Source of the DNA: Paragordius varius
Lineage: Eukaryota; Animalia; Nematomorpha
Direction of reading: 5' to 3'
NCBI GenBank assembly: GCA_964247055.1
Contig: OZ176053.1
Span: 1,798,001 to 1,862,000 of the forward strand
DNA: 64,000 bases
Under the pieces are notes generated by a model that saw only the letters and a program-made list of their open reading frames with translations, had not been told where the DNA came from and searched no databases. This document shows positions 1 through 11,903 of the stretch, one piece after another. The translations under genes and the position numbers were made by a program. How positions within the stretch are numbered: position 1 is the first letter of the stretch; every line of letters starts with the position of its first letter.

Positions 1-2420
1 GCGTTTTAATACGTTGCCTGTGTTAAAAGCATCATATTTTATCAGTCCGAAAAAACAATCAGCGATAAAAAACAAAATCCAATTTGGTTCAGGGTAAAGG
101 TAGTATAACACAGTATAATGATTCGTTGGAAGGTGGCAGGAAGTTTGAAAAACCAAGAAAATTTATCAATATATTTAATGCTAAAAATATAAATTATTGA
201 TCAAGCAAACTATCGAAAAACGCGAGTTCTGTATAGATATGAAAAAAATATTTGTAAAATACAAGCTTTACTCTATTTTCCGAAAAAAGGCCGCCATTAT
301 TTTGTGTTATATCTCCGCTCAGAAGAAAAAATCGAATGCCTGTATAGAGACTTGGCTTAAATGGAATTTACAACATTTCATTTTCCGGGGCACAATGCTA
401 ATTTTAGGGCATAATCAAAAATTTTATTTTTAAATATCGTTATAGGGCATCCCAATAAAATAGCCATTATTTCGCTATGTCATCAAATTTACAAGATTTT
501 TTTTATATTTGTTGGTTAATTCACATTAATGTGGGTCTGTTAGGCAATACGTATCGTATAGTAAAAACATAGTTTGTCTATATCTAAATATACACATTTA
601 ATGTTACAAGATAACAAACAAAATTGTTTAATTTCCCCCATTTTTTTTAATCGCACGTTACTATATTGCCAATTGGTCAAAAATAATACTGCTCAACAAG
701 GTTTTGCACCACCCCATTATTGCATTTTCTGATACCTAATGGCATGGAAAGGCCAAAACAAAAAAGAAAATTGAGGCCACCATTAGGATTTTTCCGAAAT
801 TTAATTTTTAAATTTGTATTTAATTTAAGAATAAAAATCATTCCTCGTGTATATATGTTAAAAATATTCAAACAAACAAGTCGATACAAGTAATATTTTA
901 TGCATCAATAACAAAATTCTAGGCATTAATTAAGATACTAAACAAGCTAAGAGCCAAAGTATTAAAAATCTAAGAGGGGCTTATGTTTAGTTATATAGAT
1001 CCGGGCGGCTGCACAAGATCTGCATATCCCCCAAGCTATCCAATTATGCCAGATATGGCAAAGATAACAATAAGTAATCTTAAAGCCCGATAAGAGACTT
1101 GTAAGCAAAATCCAGGCAAATTGATATGTCAAATTAACCAATTCACAGAATAAAGTTAGATAAATTCTACAATTAAATTGAATAAAAAGATTAGGTAAAT
1201 ACAAATGATCTAATTACATAATGGTAAATTCTACTAAAAGTGGCTACACAACATCCATCTGAAATTTAAAATGCAAAACAACCAATAATTTTAAAAAATA
1301 AAGTATATCCACTAGGTATAAGTAAAGGATTTTTTGTAAGAACCAACTCAAGAAAAAAAGCCTAATAAGTACTCGAAAGAACAAAAACTAACAAAAATAT
1401 AGCCTATCTAAAAGCCGAAGGTTTAAACCATATAATGCCTTTTATAGTATTTTTTTAAAAAATTTTTATATGTAAAAATTTACTTGAAAGAAAAAGACTA
1501 AATTTTGACGTTTAAGTCCGAACTATTTTTTTCTCTCTGATATTTAAACATATTTATATTCAAAAGATAGAGTTTAAAATATTAAATGATATTAAGTTTA
1601 TAATATAATAGCATTTTATTATAAAGTTATATTTAATTTTCTCTCGATTTTCTCTTGTTTTTGAAAAATTGAAAAACCTATAATATTTCAAAATTCTGAG
1701 TGGCGGGATCAAAAATTTTTTCACATTCGGTTTTAAAACACTGAAATTAGTCATAATTTAAAGGTTTGAGTGGTGGTCAAAAATGTCCAAATTTGTCGAC
1801 TAGTGTAATGTAAAGTGGCCATTACTGCATTTACCTTATATGCTAAAAACCAGTTAAATAGATTAAAAAAGCAATTCTTCGGAAAACGTAGAATAAAATT
1901 AGAGCCGTAGTTATAAATGCTAAAAATTACAATTACTTTTTTCAAAATTCTGTCAACCAAATCTCGTTGGTGACAAAAACTATGGTGGTCATGTGAACAA
2001 AAAATTTTAAAACTGTATTATCATTAAATAATAATAAAAAAATATCGTTTGTCGAACAAGCAAGGTGCCAGAATTAAGGTAAAAAAAAATTTGTATCGCT
2101 TGATATATGGCTGTTAAAAATGAATTATGGATATGATTATAAAATATTTGATCAATCAGAAATATTTGCACTAATGAATTATATAAAAAGGCCTAGTTCT
2201 TTAACCATTTTAATAAAACGGTTGTAAAACAAAACCTGTTTATTTTAAAACATCGCATTATTAGGTCCAAAGTAAGTATTTTTATTGGATTAGGCTTCCA
2301 AATTATTTGTTTTGTCCGATATATTAATCATATGTTTCGAATTTGGTGTGATAATTTAAAATTTTATGTTTATATACCGCTTGTAAGGCATTACCTATAA
2401 AATTGAAAATTTATTTTCAA

Positions 2421-5053
2421 CTAGCTGGCCCTGTCACGCTTCGTTGTGACGTAGTCTTACCGATAATTGTTCTAAATAATTTGCAATATATAGAGAAATG
2501 GAGATAAAAAAATAATAATAAATATATTTAATAAAAAGAATGTTTTAATTATTCTTTTACGGGATCTTGCATAGGCCCAAAGTTGTTTACTTGAAATCGA
2601 CCATAATTTAACTGTCCCTTATAAAAGTTAATAATCAACTATCATTAGATTTATTTTAATTTTCGTTTTACGTATTTATGGTTAAAAGTTTTAATAAATT
2701 ATATTCACACAGCTGAGATCAAGGGATATAAAAAGTAAATCATTTGGTCCCTTTTCAAAGGAAAGAAGGATATTATAGATTTTCCCAGAAATTTGTTTAA
2801 CTGAACTCGTATGGCTTCTTATGTTGTTTGAAAATTATCCAAAACCACGCCATTTTTGTATGGCGTCTCAGTTTTAAACCGGTAGACCCCTACCCATAGA
2901 CCTATATGGAAAAGGCGCAGACTTAAATTTTTTTAATACCATCGTCTCATGGGTTATTCTAAATACCTCAACTCTAAATAATCGTTATATGATGGCGTAT
3001 TTTTAGGGCATAAAGGCCCCAAATTAACGGCTAATAAAAAGCCTCACCATTTTTAATAACGGGTAACATTTTAAGCTTTTAATGAGCTGCTTCATAAGTT
3101 TTCTGTAAATTAGCTCCAAAACAACGCACTTTCTATATGGTGGCGCGGTTTTTGGCGGGTAGCTTCTTACCCAGGGACAGGTATAAAAAAGCGTTGGCAA
3201 AATTTATATTTTAAATATGGATTATCTGGAATTATCATGGATTCCATATGTTTCCAGTAATCTCATAGATTTTCTGAAATTTGGCTCCAAAGGCAGCTGT
3301 ATCGATACGGTGACACAGTTTTGCGCGGGTACTTTAACCAGGGGCGGGCGAAACAAAGAAACGCTTGATAAAATCTGCCTTAATTCAGAAATACCTAGAA
3401 TCATGATTGATTCCACATGCTCGCGTGGTATTTTTGAATAATTGCCTCAAAAAAGTCATTCTAGGGTGGCGCATTTTTTAGGGCAAGGGCCTAAGTAAGG
3501 GGTAATTTAAGAAAACCACTCTACTTATTATTGCCTTTTTACGGGTATCATTTCAAACCCTTATTGATTATATAAGTTTTTAAAAATTAGCCTTTAAAGT
3601 CACGCTGTAACGATAGTGTGGGGAGTTGCAGGATGGTAGCCCCCTGCCCAGAGGCCAATATAAAAAAGACGTTCAATAAAAAATTTTGCCTTTAGGTAAT
3701 ACCTGAAAATCATTCATTCCATATGTTCTTAATAGTTTTTAAAAGGATGACTTCAAAACTAAATATTAGTTCAATGACATTGCATTTTAAGGGCGTAAAG
3801 GCCCAATTAACGGCTAATTTAAAAAACCGCCCAAATTGGATTTTTGCCTTTTACCGGTAATATTTCAAGCCCTTATTGAACTCATTTTTTCTAAAATTTG
3901 CCTCCGAAGTCACGCTGTAATGAAATGATGGCGTTGTAGGCGGGTGGCCCCCTACCCAGAAACCAATATACAAAGACATTCGATAAAAGTTTTTGCCTTT
4001 AGGGAATACCTGGTGTCATCTTTATTCCATATGTTTTAAATAATTGGAAGAATGGCTTCAAAACTAAATAATAGTTCAATGATAGCGTATGTTTTAGGGC
4101 GTAAAGAGTCTAATTAACGGCTAATGTAAAAAACCGCTCGACTTAAATTTTTGAGGGGTAACATCTCAGGCCCTTATTGAAATGTGGCCCGATAAGTTTT
4201 CTGAAAATTAACTAAGCAACACAATTTCAATATGCATAGTTTTAGGCGGGTAGCTCCCTTTCCAGAGACTGATACACAAAAGGCGCTTGATTAAAATTTT
4301 TATCGTTTTACGGAAAATACCTAAAATCATGATTCCATATGCTCTCATTTGTTTTTGGAAAAATTGCCTCAAAACTAAAAAATTATTCTATGGTGGCGCA
4401 TTTTTCAGGGCGTGAAGGGCCTATTAACGTCTAATTTTAAAAACGCACCACCATAATTTTTGCCTTGTTACGGGTAATATTTTAAGCACCTGTTCTCATA
4501 TGGCCTGATTTTCCGAAAATCAACTCCTAACCGCTATTTCGATATGACGGGGCAGTTTTTAGCGGATATCTCCCTACCCAGCAGCCAATGTAAAAGAAAC
4601 GCACGACTAAAATTTTTGCCTTTGAACAGGGAATACCGAATCCTCATTAAATTTTACATCTCATACCCTGGGCTAAAAATAGATTGAAAAAATTATTTTT
4701 GTGTTAGTTTTTTTTTAAAAAAAATTGGCATTTTACGGGGGAGCGGATAAAAAGGGGGCCTAAAGCCGTCTATGTCCGAAGCAAACGAAAATAAATAAAA
4801 AAATTTCTTTAGAATCGAATGGTTCAATACTTTTACCGGAAAATTGTCTCAAAGACACGATTTTTTTGACTTCTGTTTTCAAAAAAAACCCGTTTTTACA
4901 CGAGGTGGGCTCGAACTGGGGGCTTGATTCGAAAAAAGGGCTATTGTCGGGCATTAATTATTATATTTTTCGAAATTTGGATTTGAATGAATCTACCGGT
5001 TTTCCGGAGACAGATCACAAAGCCAGCATTTTCCATTTTTATAAATATATAGG
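2421..5053 (-). mobile_element. Non-autonomous Helitron (about 2.6 kb) with internal tandem repeats
   Basis: The minus-strand 3' end is CTAG (2421-2424), 8 nt from a GTCAC-N8-GTGAC hairpin (2433-2450). It sits between A and T with no TSD. About 400 bp at 4660-5053 is clearly homologous to the 5' end of the Helitron at 16865-17426; here the terminal TC reads CC. Confidence 0.7.
2830..4640. repeat. Degenerate tandem array, about 300-310 bp unit, about 6 copies, inside the Helitron
   Basis: The motif cc(c)tacccag..ccaatata.aaaagacg recurs near 2889, 3167, 3643, 3950, 4257 and 4573. The motif gggcgtaaaggcccaattaacggctaat recurs near 3006, 3481, 3791, 4097 and 4408. Confidence 0.75.
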
Positions 5054-5649
5054 TTATTATAAAATATATATACCATATTTATTAGATAAATCAAGAATCA
5101 TCATTATCCCAAACACTTTCTCCAAAATATATAAAGGTAATAACAATGTCTCAAAATAGTAAAATAAATAAAAATTATAAAATTATTAATTTGCTCTTGT
5201 CATATAATATAAAAATGTGCGTAAAAAACAAATTTTTAAACTAAAAACATTGCAAAAGAATGTTCACATGAACTGCTACAAAAAAAGATAAAACAAACAT
5301 ATGGATATAGAGTTCACTTTTGTAAAAATTAAAACTATAAAGACAAAATGTAAACATTTAGACAAATATTTTTTTAAAAAAAAAACAGTCATACTTTTTT
5401 TAACCTTGATTTTTTATTATTCTCATATTGTATCTGGGTAGCTAAATATGGGATAGAAATGTAAATAAGTCACACCCTAATACATTTCATATATGCAATT
5501 ATTTAGGTTAGGTTAGATAAATCAGGGTTTAAAAATGTATGACCGTCCATTTTGAAAAAAAATATTTGTCTTCTAGTTTTTACATTATGCCTTTATTTTA
5601 TATTGTACATTTTCATTCCTTATTTTATAAAAAATGTTTGCCAAATAGT

Positions 5650-8600
5650 CTAATTATTAGCACTTTGCGTTTCAGATGCAACCAGAGGAGAAGGAACAAC
5701 AGAGGAATTTATCATGGAATTTGCCTGTTGTCCCCCTCCTACACTTCCATAGTAGGGAGAAAACATGGGTGGACCACCGCCCCCAGTTTGCTGTGGTGTT
5801 TTAACGCTAAAATTTGCGTAATTTTGATTAGTATTGCCTATACTACCATTAAAATTTAAATCATTGTTATTAACAGCAGAATTCGGAACCATTGATGCAA
5901 ACTGTTGATTATTTTGATTTAAAAAAGGTGGTGTTGTAATATTTGGAAAAGAGGAGGAAACATTAGATAGCGGAAAATTTGAGTTTGGGTTTGGTAGTTG
6001 AAAGCCGACCATGGATGTTGCCTGCATCGGATTGTAGTAATAAGGCGCACTTGCGTTAGCTAAAATTAGACAGTTAAAGTATTATAATAGGGTTAAAATG
6101 GCAAAATGTAGAAAGTAAAAAGCGTAATTTTATATATAGAAACCATATCCTTGATTTTACATAAAGATTGAAAATTGAGTATTCATTGATTTACATCTCT
6201 ATTCCTTATTTTCTAAAGAAAATAGGTGTTTTTATGGAGAAAAATCATTGATTTATATATATATTTTGTTCTCTCAATAATATATTCTTTCATTAAACAC
6301 TGCCAAATATAGCATTTATAGCAAAGAGCTAAAAAGCAAAAAAAAGTCAAAAAATAAATTTTATCTCAAACAACATTACTCATACAATTAAGGGTAACTA
6401 TTAAAACATAAACTGTTTTTTATCCATACGCTAAATGTGACCAAAGGAGTAAAAATAAAATTTTAGATAAATATATCTACACCTTCTTTGAAATAGTAAA
6501 TCAAAATTATCCATTACTTCTGCAATATGAGAAAATATAACGAATTATTCATATATAGCAATTATCATAATATTGATAGTCTAACTTTTTAAAATGTATT
6601 ATAAAAATCTGTATTTCGATTTCTGTGCTGATAAATATTATTATATATATAAATATTCAATCTAAATTATGTAAAATTATACCGGAAGGTGGGCGTGAAA
6701 CCTGAAAAGGCATTGGATTACCATAATAGGGGCTACCGTTCATTGTCGCATTGAAATTAGATGTATCTAAAGAAGTAAAACACATAAGATTTAGACTAAT
6801 GTCAAAAAAACTTGTATAGATCGGAAAAAATTTTCACAAAATTTTAATAAAATGCTGCATAAAACTTAAAATTACAGTAAAATTGAAAATATAAAGACAA
6901 AACTTATAGTATACATATTTTTATAAAGTCAACCGTATGTTTTAACCTTATTTTTTGTAATATAACCTATCATTAACGGTTAGAGAATAAGGAATATTGC
7001 TGTAAATTGTTAATTCCTTAAATAATATATTTTACAATTATAAATATTTTAATTTTATATAAAAAACAAGGTTAATCGTTTTCATTTTAACCAAAGTTTT
7101 TTTAGCCTATGCTATTGATTCTTTAAAATTTTAATTTTTACAATATCTAAATCAAAACATTAACATTTATCTATAAACATTTAAAACCGGAGAAATTAAC
7201 TATAATCCACACAAAAACCTCGAATAAATTATTTTTCATATATAAAACCTTACTATATTCCAATTTTAAAAAGAAATTTTTACTGAAATTAGGTATCGTA
7301 ACACTTAGAGGTGGAAACCCTGGGGGTACAGAAAAATTAATCATTCCATTCGCAGCAGGAGAGTTTGATGCTATATTTGAAGAATATGGCGATGATGATT
7401 GTTGTGGTTGAGAAGACATCATATAATTTGAATGAGAAGGTGGCAAATTTTGGGCAAAAGCACTGTTTTGACTTACAACATTAGATGAATTAACTAGGGG
7501 GGAACAAAAATATATTATAGGGTTTTTTTTAACTCTATGATTTTGGCAATTTATATTAAAACAGAAAAAATGAATTTATACGAACAAAATGTAAAGATAT
7601 AAAGACAAATATTTTTTTCCAAAAGACGTTCTAAAATTGATTCTTTTTTTATAACTCAGTTTTTCGAATTGCAAATATATGAAATGGGGATGATTAATTA
7701 TTTTGAAATGTAAAGAAAAATTATTAGAAAAATTTAGGGTTTAATTATGATTGTTTTTTGAAAAAAAACACTTGTCTTAATATTATCACACTTTGTTTTT
7801 AATAATACAATTTATTTTAATATTAAAGAGTTACATATTTAATCAAAAACTTATATGATATTATGTGGGCCAAAGCAAATATTTGGTTCAACTGTTTTAA
7901 ACGTTATTGATCCTATTAAATATTTGTGTTAAAAGAAATTTAAAAGTTAAGTTTATTTTAATGAACAATAATGTTTTCCAAGTATTAATTGTAATTTTTA
8001 TGCAATTTCCACATTTATTTAAATTTTAAGAAAAATAATTTCAAAAATTAACTAGTGGCAGAAATAGAAGGAAAAGAGGTTGAACTTAAACTGCTTTCAG
8101 GTTTATTGTTTAGGGGATTTTTATCGTGATGTTGTGTTAAAATGGGAGAAGCGTTTCTTTGGATACCAAAAGAAGATGGAGATAAATAGTTTTGTCCTAA
8201 TATATTAGATGTCTTAATATATTTAATAATTTTATACCTATACAGTCAATTTTTATTCGGTACAAAATAGTTGTAAGATGTCTTTTTCAACAATTTGAAT
8301 AACAAATTTGTCAATTTTTCGCTTGATTCGGATTAAACAAATATATTTTTAAAAAATAAATGCCAAAATTGGGTAATAGGATATAAATCGTTTTATTATA
8401 TAAAATATGTAAACTGAATTTTATCATGCGCATCATTAGTGATTTAGAATTTGTTTGACAATCTTTTAAATACATAATTCAAAAGTTTAAAATTTTTAAA
8501 AGATCAAAAACGTCTTTAGTGTCAAATAGTCGTGGTCGCTTGTTTTTTGTGTTTTAAAAATATATATTTTGAGCGTTCCGTAAAAAAAGTTTCATGTGCT

Positions 8601-11600
8601 TGGTAATAGTTGAAAAATATCCGAATTATACAATATTTTAAATATTTCTGTAAAGACTTATCGTTACAAATATGTATGATATAGCAGTCTTATATAAATA
8701 TCGACAAAAATAAGTCATTATATACAACTTAGTGTATAAAATGTTACTTAATACATCGTTGCTTAAATACAAAAATTCGTTTTAAAAATCAAAACAGATT
8801 GATATAAATTAAGTTAATTAATTAAAAGAACTATTAATTTATGTAATATATATACCAGTTGTTGAATTAATTTGACCGAAAACAGTGCTAAATGTTACTG
8901 AACTCGCCATAGTTGGATTATCGTTATTATTATTTAAAGCTTGAGTAAAAGGTTGAGGACCATTGTGTGTACATTCTAAAGGGTTTTATTTCAAAACAAA
9001 TTGTTTAAATAAAATTATATTTTATGGCGCATATTAAAATTTATCTAATATTGTTTCGTACAAAACTAGTCTACAATTACTAAATGACGAATGGTTTTTC
9101 ATCATTATTTAAAATTTTCAGTTTAATTTAAATTTATATCATTTTCAATTTTTCGTTTATATCATTTTAAATTTTTTTGTTTATGGCATTCTTTCACAGT
9201 TTCAACGATAGTTAATGTGGTAAAATAGTATCAGTTATAAAATATTTATTTTAAGGATTATTTCAAACTATGATTTTACAAATCCAGCTTAAACCAAAAT
9301 ATAAGGAACCAATAAATTTTTGGAAAAATGAAACCAACCTATGGTTTAAATATAATATAAAAGCGATAAAACACATAAAAACACTTTTGGAAATAAACTA
9401 ATAGTGTTATAATCAACCTGAGGTATGTTCATGATTCTGGGAGCCAATAACAAGCCCATGAATATTGTTTTGTAAATTATCCAAATTATTTCCTTCAAAT
9501 ACCTCCAATTTGATTCAAAAAATATATAAAATATTATTTTTTGAAATAACTTATTAAAACTCTAAAATGAATAATTTATTCACCGAAAAGAACACAAAAT
9601 ATTATAAATTGGTAAAATATTATTAAAAACAATATAATGACATTTGGGAAGATATGTATAATTTTATGCTATTTGGTACGAAAAAAACAAAAAAATATAA
9701 TTTGTAATATAGTATCAGTTAGTTAAAACACTTTTTAGTTGTTATTATTAATAATTAATCTTTTGAAAAAAAATTAGTTTTTTACAAAAAAATTATAAAT
9801 CAAAAAAATATACAGCATTATGAATAGGAGCCTGCTGGGTCTTTTTAGGGGGTCGAGTCGGATCTATGCCATGTCTAGGCTTAACATCATGATATGGAAT
9901 TCTATGTAAGTATCCGTAACCAATATTACAACCCAAGCTAATCATAAACACATATGTTAAGGTATATAAATTTAGTATGCATATATTTTGAAATTATTAA
10001 TTAAATAAAAAAAATATATATAGTTTAGAGTTTTTTTCCTTTTTTAAGGACTTAAATTGTATCTGGACTTATGGAAGGCTTTAACACTATGCCTGCCCAG
10101 GGTTGACAGCCATGAATGAAAATATTGCATAGTTTCGGGGTTCGAACGCTGGCATCTAATGTAAGAGTCAAGCGTCCTACCTACTATACCATATTTAAAA
10201 ATTTGGTTAAATTTTTAAGTACACGAAAATTAATTTCAATTAAAATATTGAACAAACATGTAATACCAATTAATGTATACAAATTCCAAGTCAAACTATA
10301 TTGGAAATAATATACAACTATTTTTAAAAATTGGCCTACAAAACAACCTCTGATTTCTTTTGATGAAAGTTAAAAAATATTTTAATATCCTATCAATATT
10401 ATAGGGATAAAGTTATTTTCTCGTGACATTAAATAAAAAGAATTACATGAAAAAAAATATATTAATTAATAAGATTTGTCATTAATATCAATTCGGATAA
10501 AAAATTTTTTTTAAAAAAAAATAAAGCAGAAATTAAAATTATTTATAAAAAAACCTGCCCTCCCCACCCCAATGACTATTGGGAGTTATGACAATTTCGC
10601 GACAATCATCCGTTTTTGAATTGTAGACGTACAGCTTTAAGGGTTTCCCTTCATGATTCTCTATTACATTGTAGAAATCTTCCGACTAGTGTTAAACACA
10701 TAAATTATTTTGAAATTTATATTAAACTTAGGATATAAAAAATATTTATGATAAAAATTAATACTAAAATGATTGTTTTAGACTGTGAAAAAATATTAAA
10801 AAATTTAATTTAACGAAGATTAATCACATAATATGTGTGATTAAATAATTTTCACATGTAATTTTATTTTAAACTTATATTTTAAAAAATTACGACTTTT
10901 TCAAAAAACAATTTTCTAAAAAATTAAAAAAATATAGGTATAAAGAAAAATTTTTACAAAATTATATTTATAGTAATAAAAAAATTATTACCTCATATAA
11001 AATGGTATCCGATCCAATGATATAATCGGAATCTGATATAAGGCCAGCTTTGTGGGCTGGGGAATTTGGTTGCACCTCCTAAATATAGAGAGTATATTAA
11101 TTAATAATATAAAATATTTATCTATAAATATTCATTTATTTTTATTATCAAGATCAAAAATTTTATTTTATATCATAAATCTATCAAGGCCAAAGTTTTT
11201 TAAATGATTAAATTAGGTGCGTGTATACCCTTTAAAAATTTAATATATTATTTCGGATAATATATTAATAACTATACATTGATCGTAAAAACTGATCTAA
11301 AAACGTTTAGTGAATGGGTCACCATATAAAATTTTTATATTAATCTTAAATAATCTTTTAAAAGTCCCATAACTTTTAATGAAAAAAATAATTTGTATAC
11401 CAAAACATGCCAAACATTTTCATTAGCATTTTCGAAGGAACAAAATCGAATACTAACTCCCAGGAGGCCCTGACCTCCCCAAACTGTACTTGGCGTTATT
11501 TCAACATTTCGCACGTTTTTGGCTTTACTGTTAAAAACTATCAACTCAATCGGTTTTTCAATGTTAGCTTTCAAAATATCTTTGAAGGTATCATCATCTC

Positions 11601-11813
11601 TATTCTAAATAAATGTGTATAGCAAAAAATATATTACCAATCTAATGTTCTCGACTGCTATAATAAAATCAAAAAATGGTTCTAATCCTGCATAATACCC
11701 TGGGGAAAAATCCTGAACCTATAATTAAGATTTTACACGCTAGATAAAACCTTTAAAACATGATATCCATCAATACCACCTCCAGGGATTTCGACGCTTT
11801 GATTTGCTCCCAT
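5650..11813 (-). CDS. GORASP: Golgi reassembly-stacking protein (GRASP55/65 family), 12 exons
   Basis: Spliced translation: [21 protein letters not shown]|[20 protein letters not shown]...[27 protein letters not shown]|EVQPNSPA...[20 protein letters not shown]. This is the N-myristoylation Gly2 plus tandem PDZ GRASP domain, followed by a S/P/N-rich tail. Exons: 11813-11751, 11718-11638, 11604-11401, 11078-10992, 10685-10555, 9937-9814, about 9502-9418, about 8975-8857, about 8196-8053, about 7494-7285, about 6766-6683, 6059-5650. The tail exons are less certain. Confidence 0.93.
10075..10192 (-). mobile_element. Degenerate tRNA-derived SINE head or tRNA pseudogene in a GORASP intron
   Basis: The minus strand reads TGGTATAGTAGGTAGG (A-box-like) and GTTCGAACCCC (B-box-like) at tRNA-like spacing. 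The anticodon and T stems do not pair, so this is not a functional tRNA. Confidence 0.4.
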
Positions 11814-11903
11814 CGCGTGTCAATAAATTTGGTTTTATGAATGCGTGGCACCCAATTTACAGGTGAAGGCTCATATGGAAAGAAATTCAGATGGAAAACA
11901 AAA
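11814..11903. promoter_or_regulatory. Inferred bidirectional promoter/5' UTR region between GORASP and PIGK
   Basis: Only 90 bp separates the divergent ATGs at 11813 (-) and 11904 (+). The call is positional only; no core promoter motif was identified. Confidence 0.5.

Noticed and set aside
960-1440. Slightly GC-richer, A-skewed stretch resembling a decayed retroelement
   Set aside because: All frames are interrupted and I could not recognise any motif, so it was not called.
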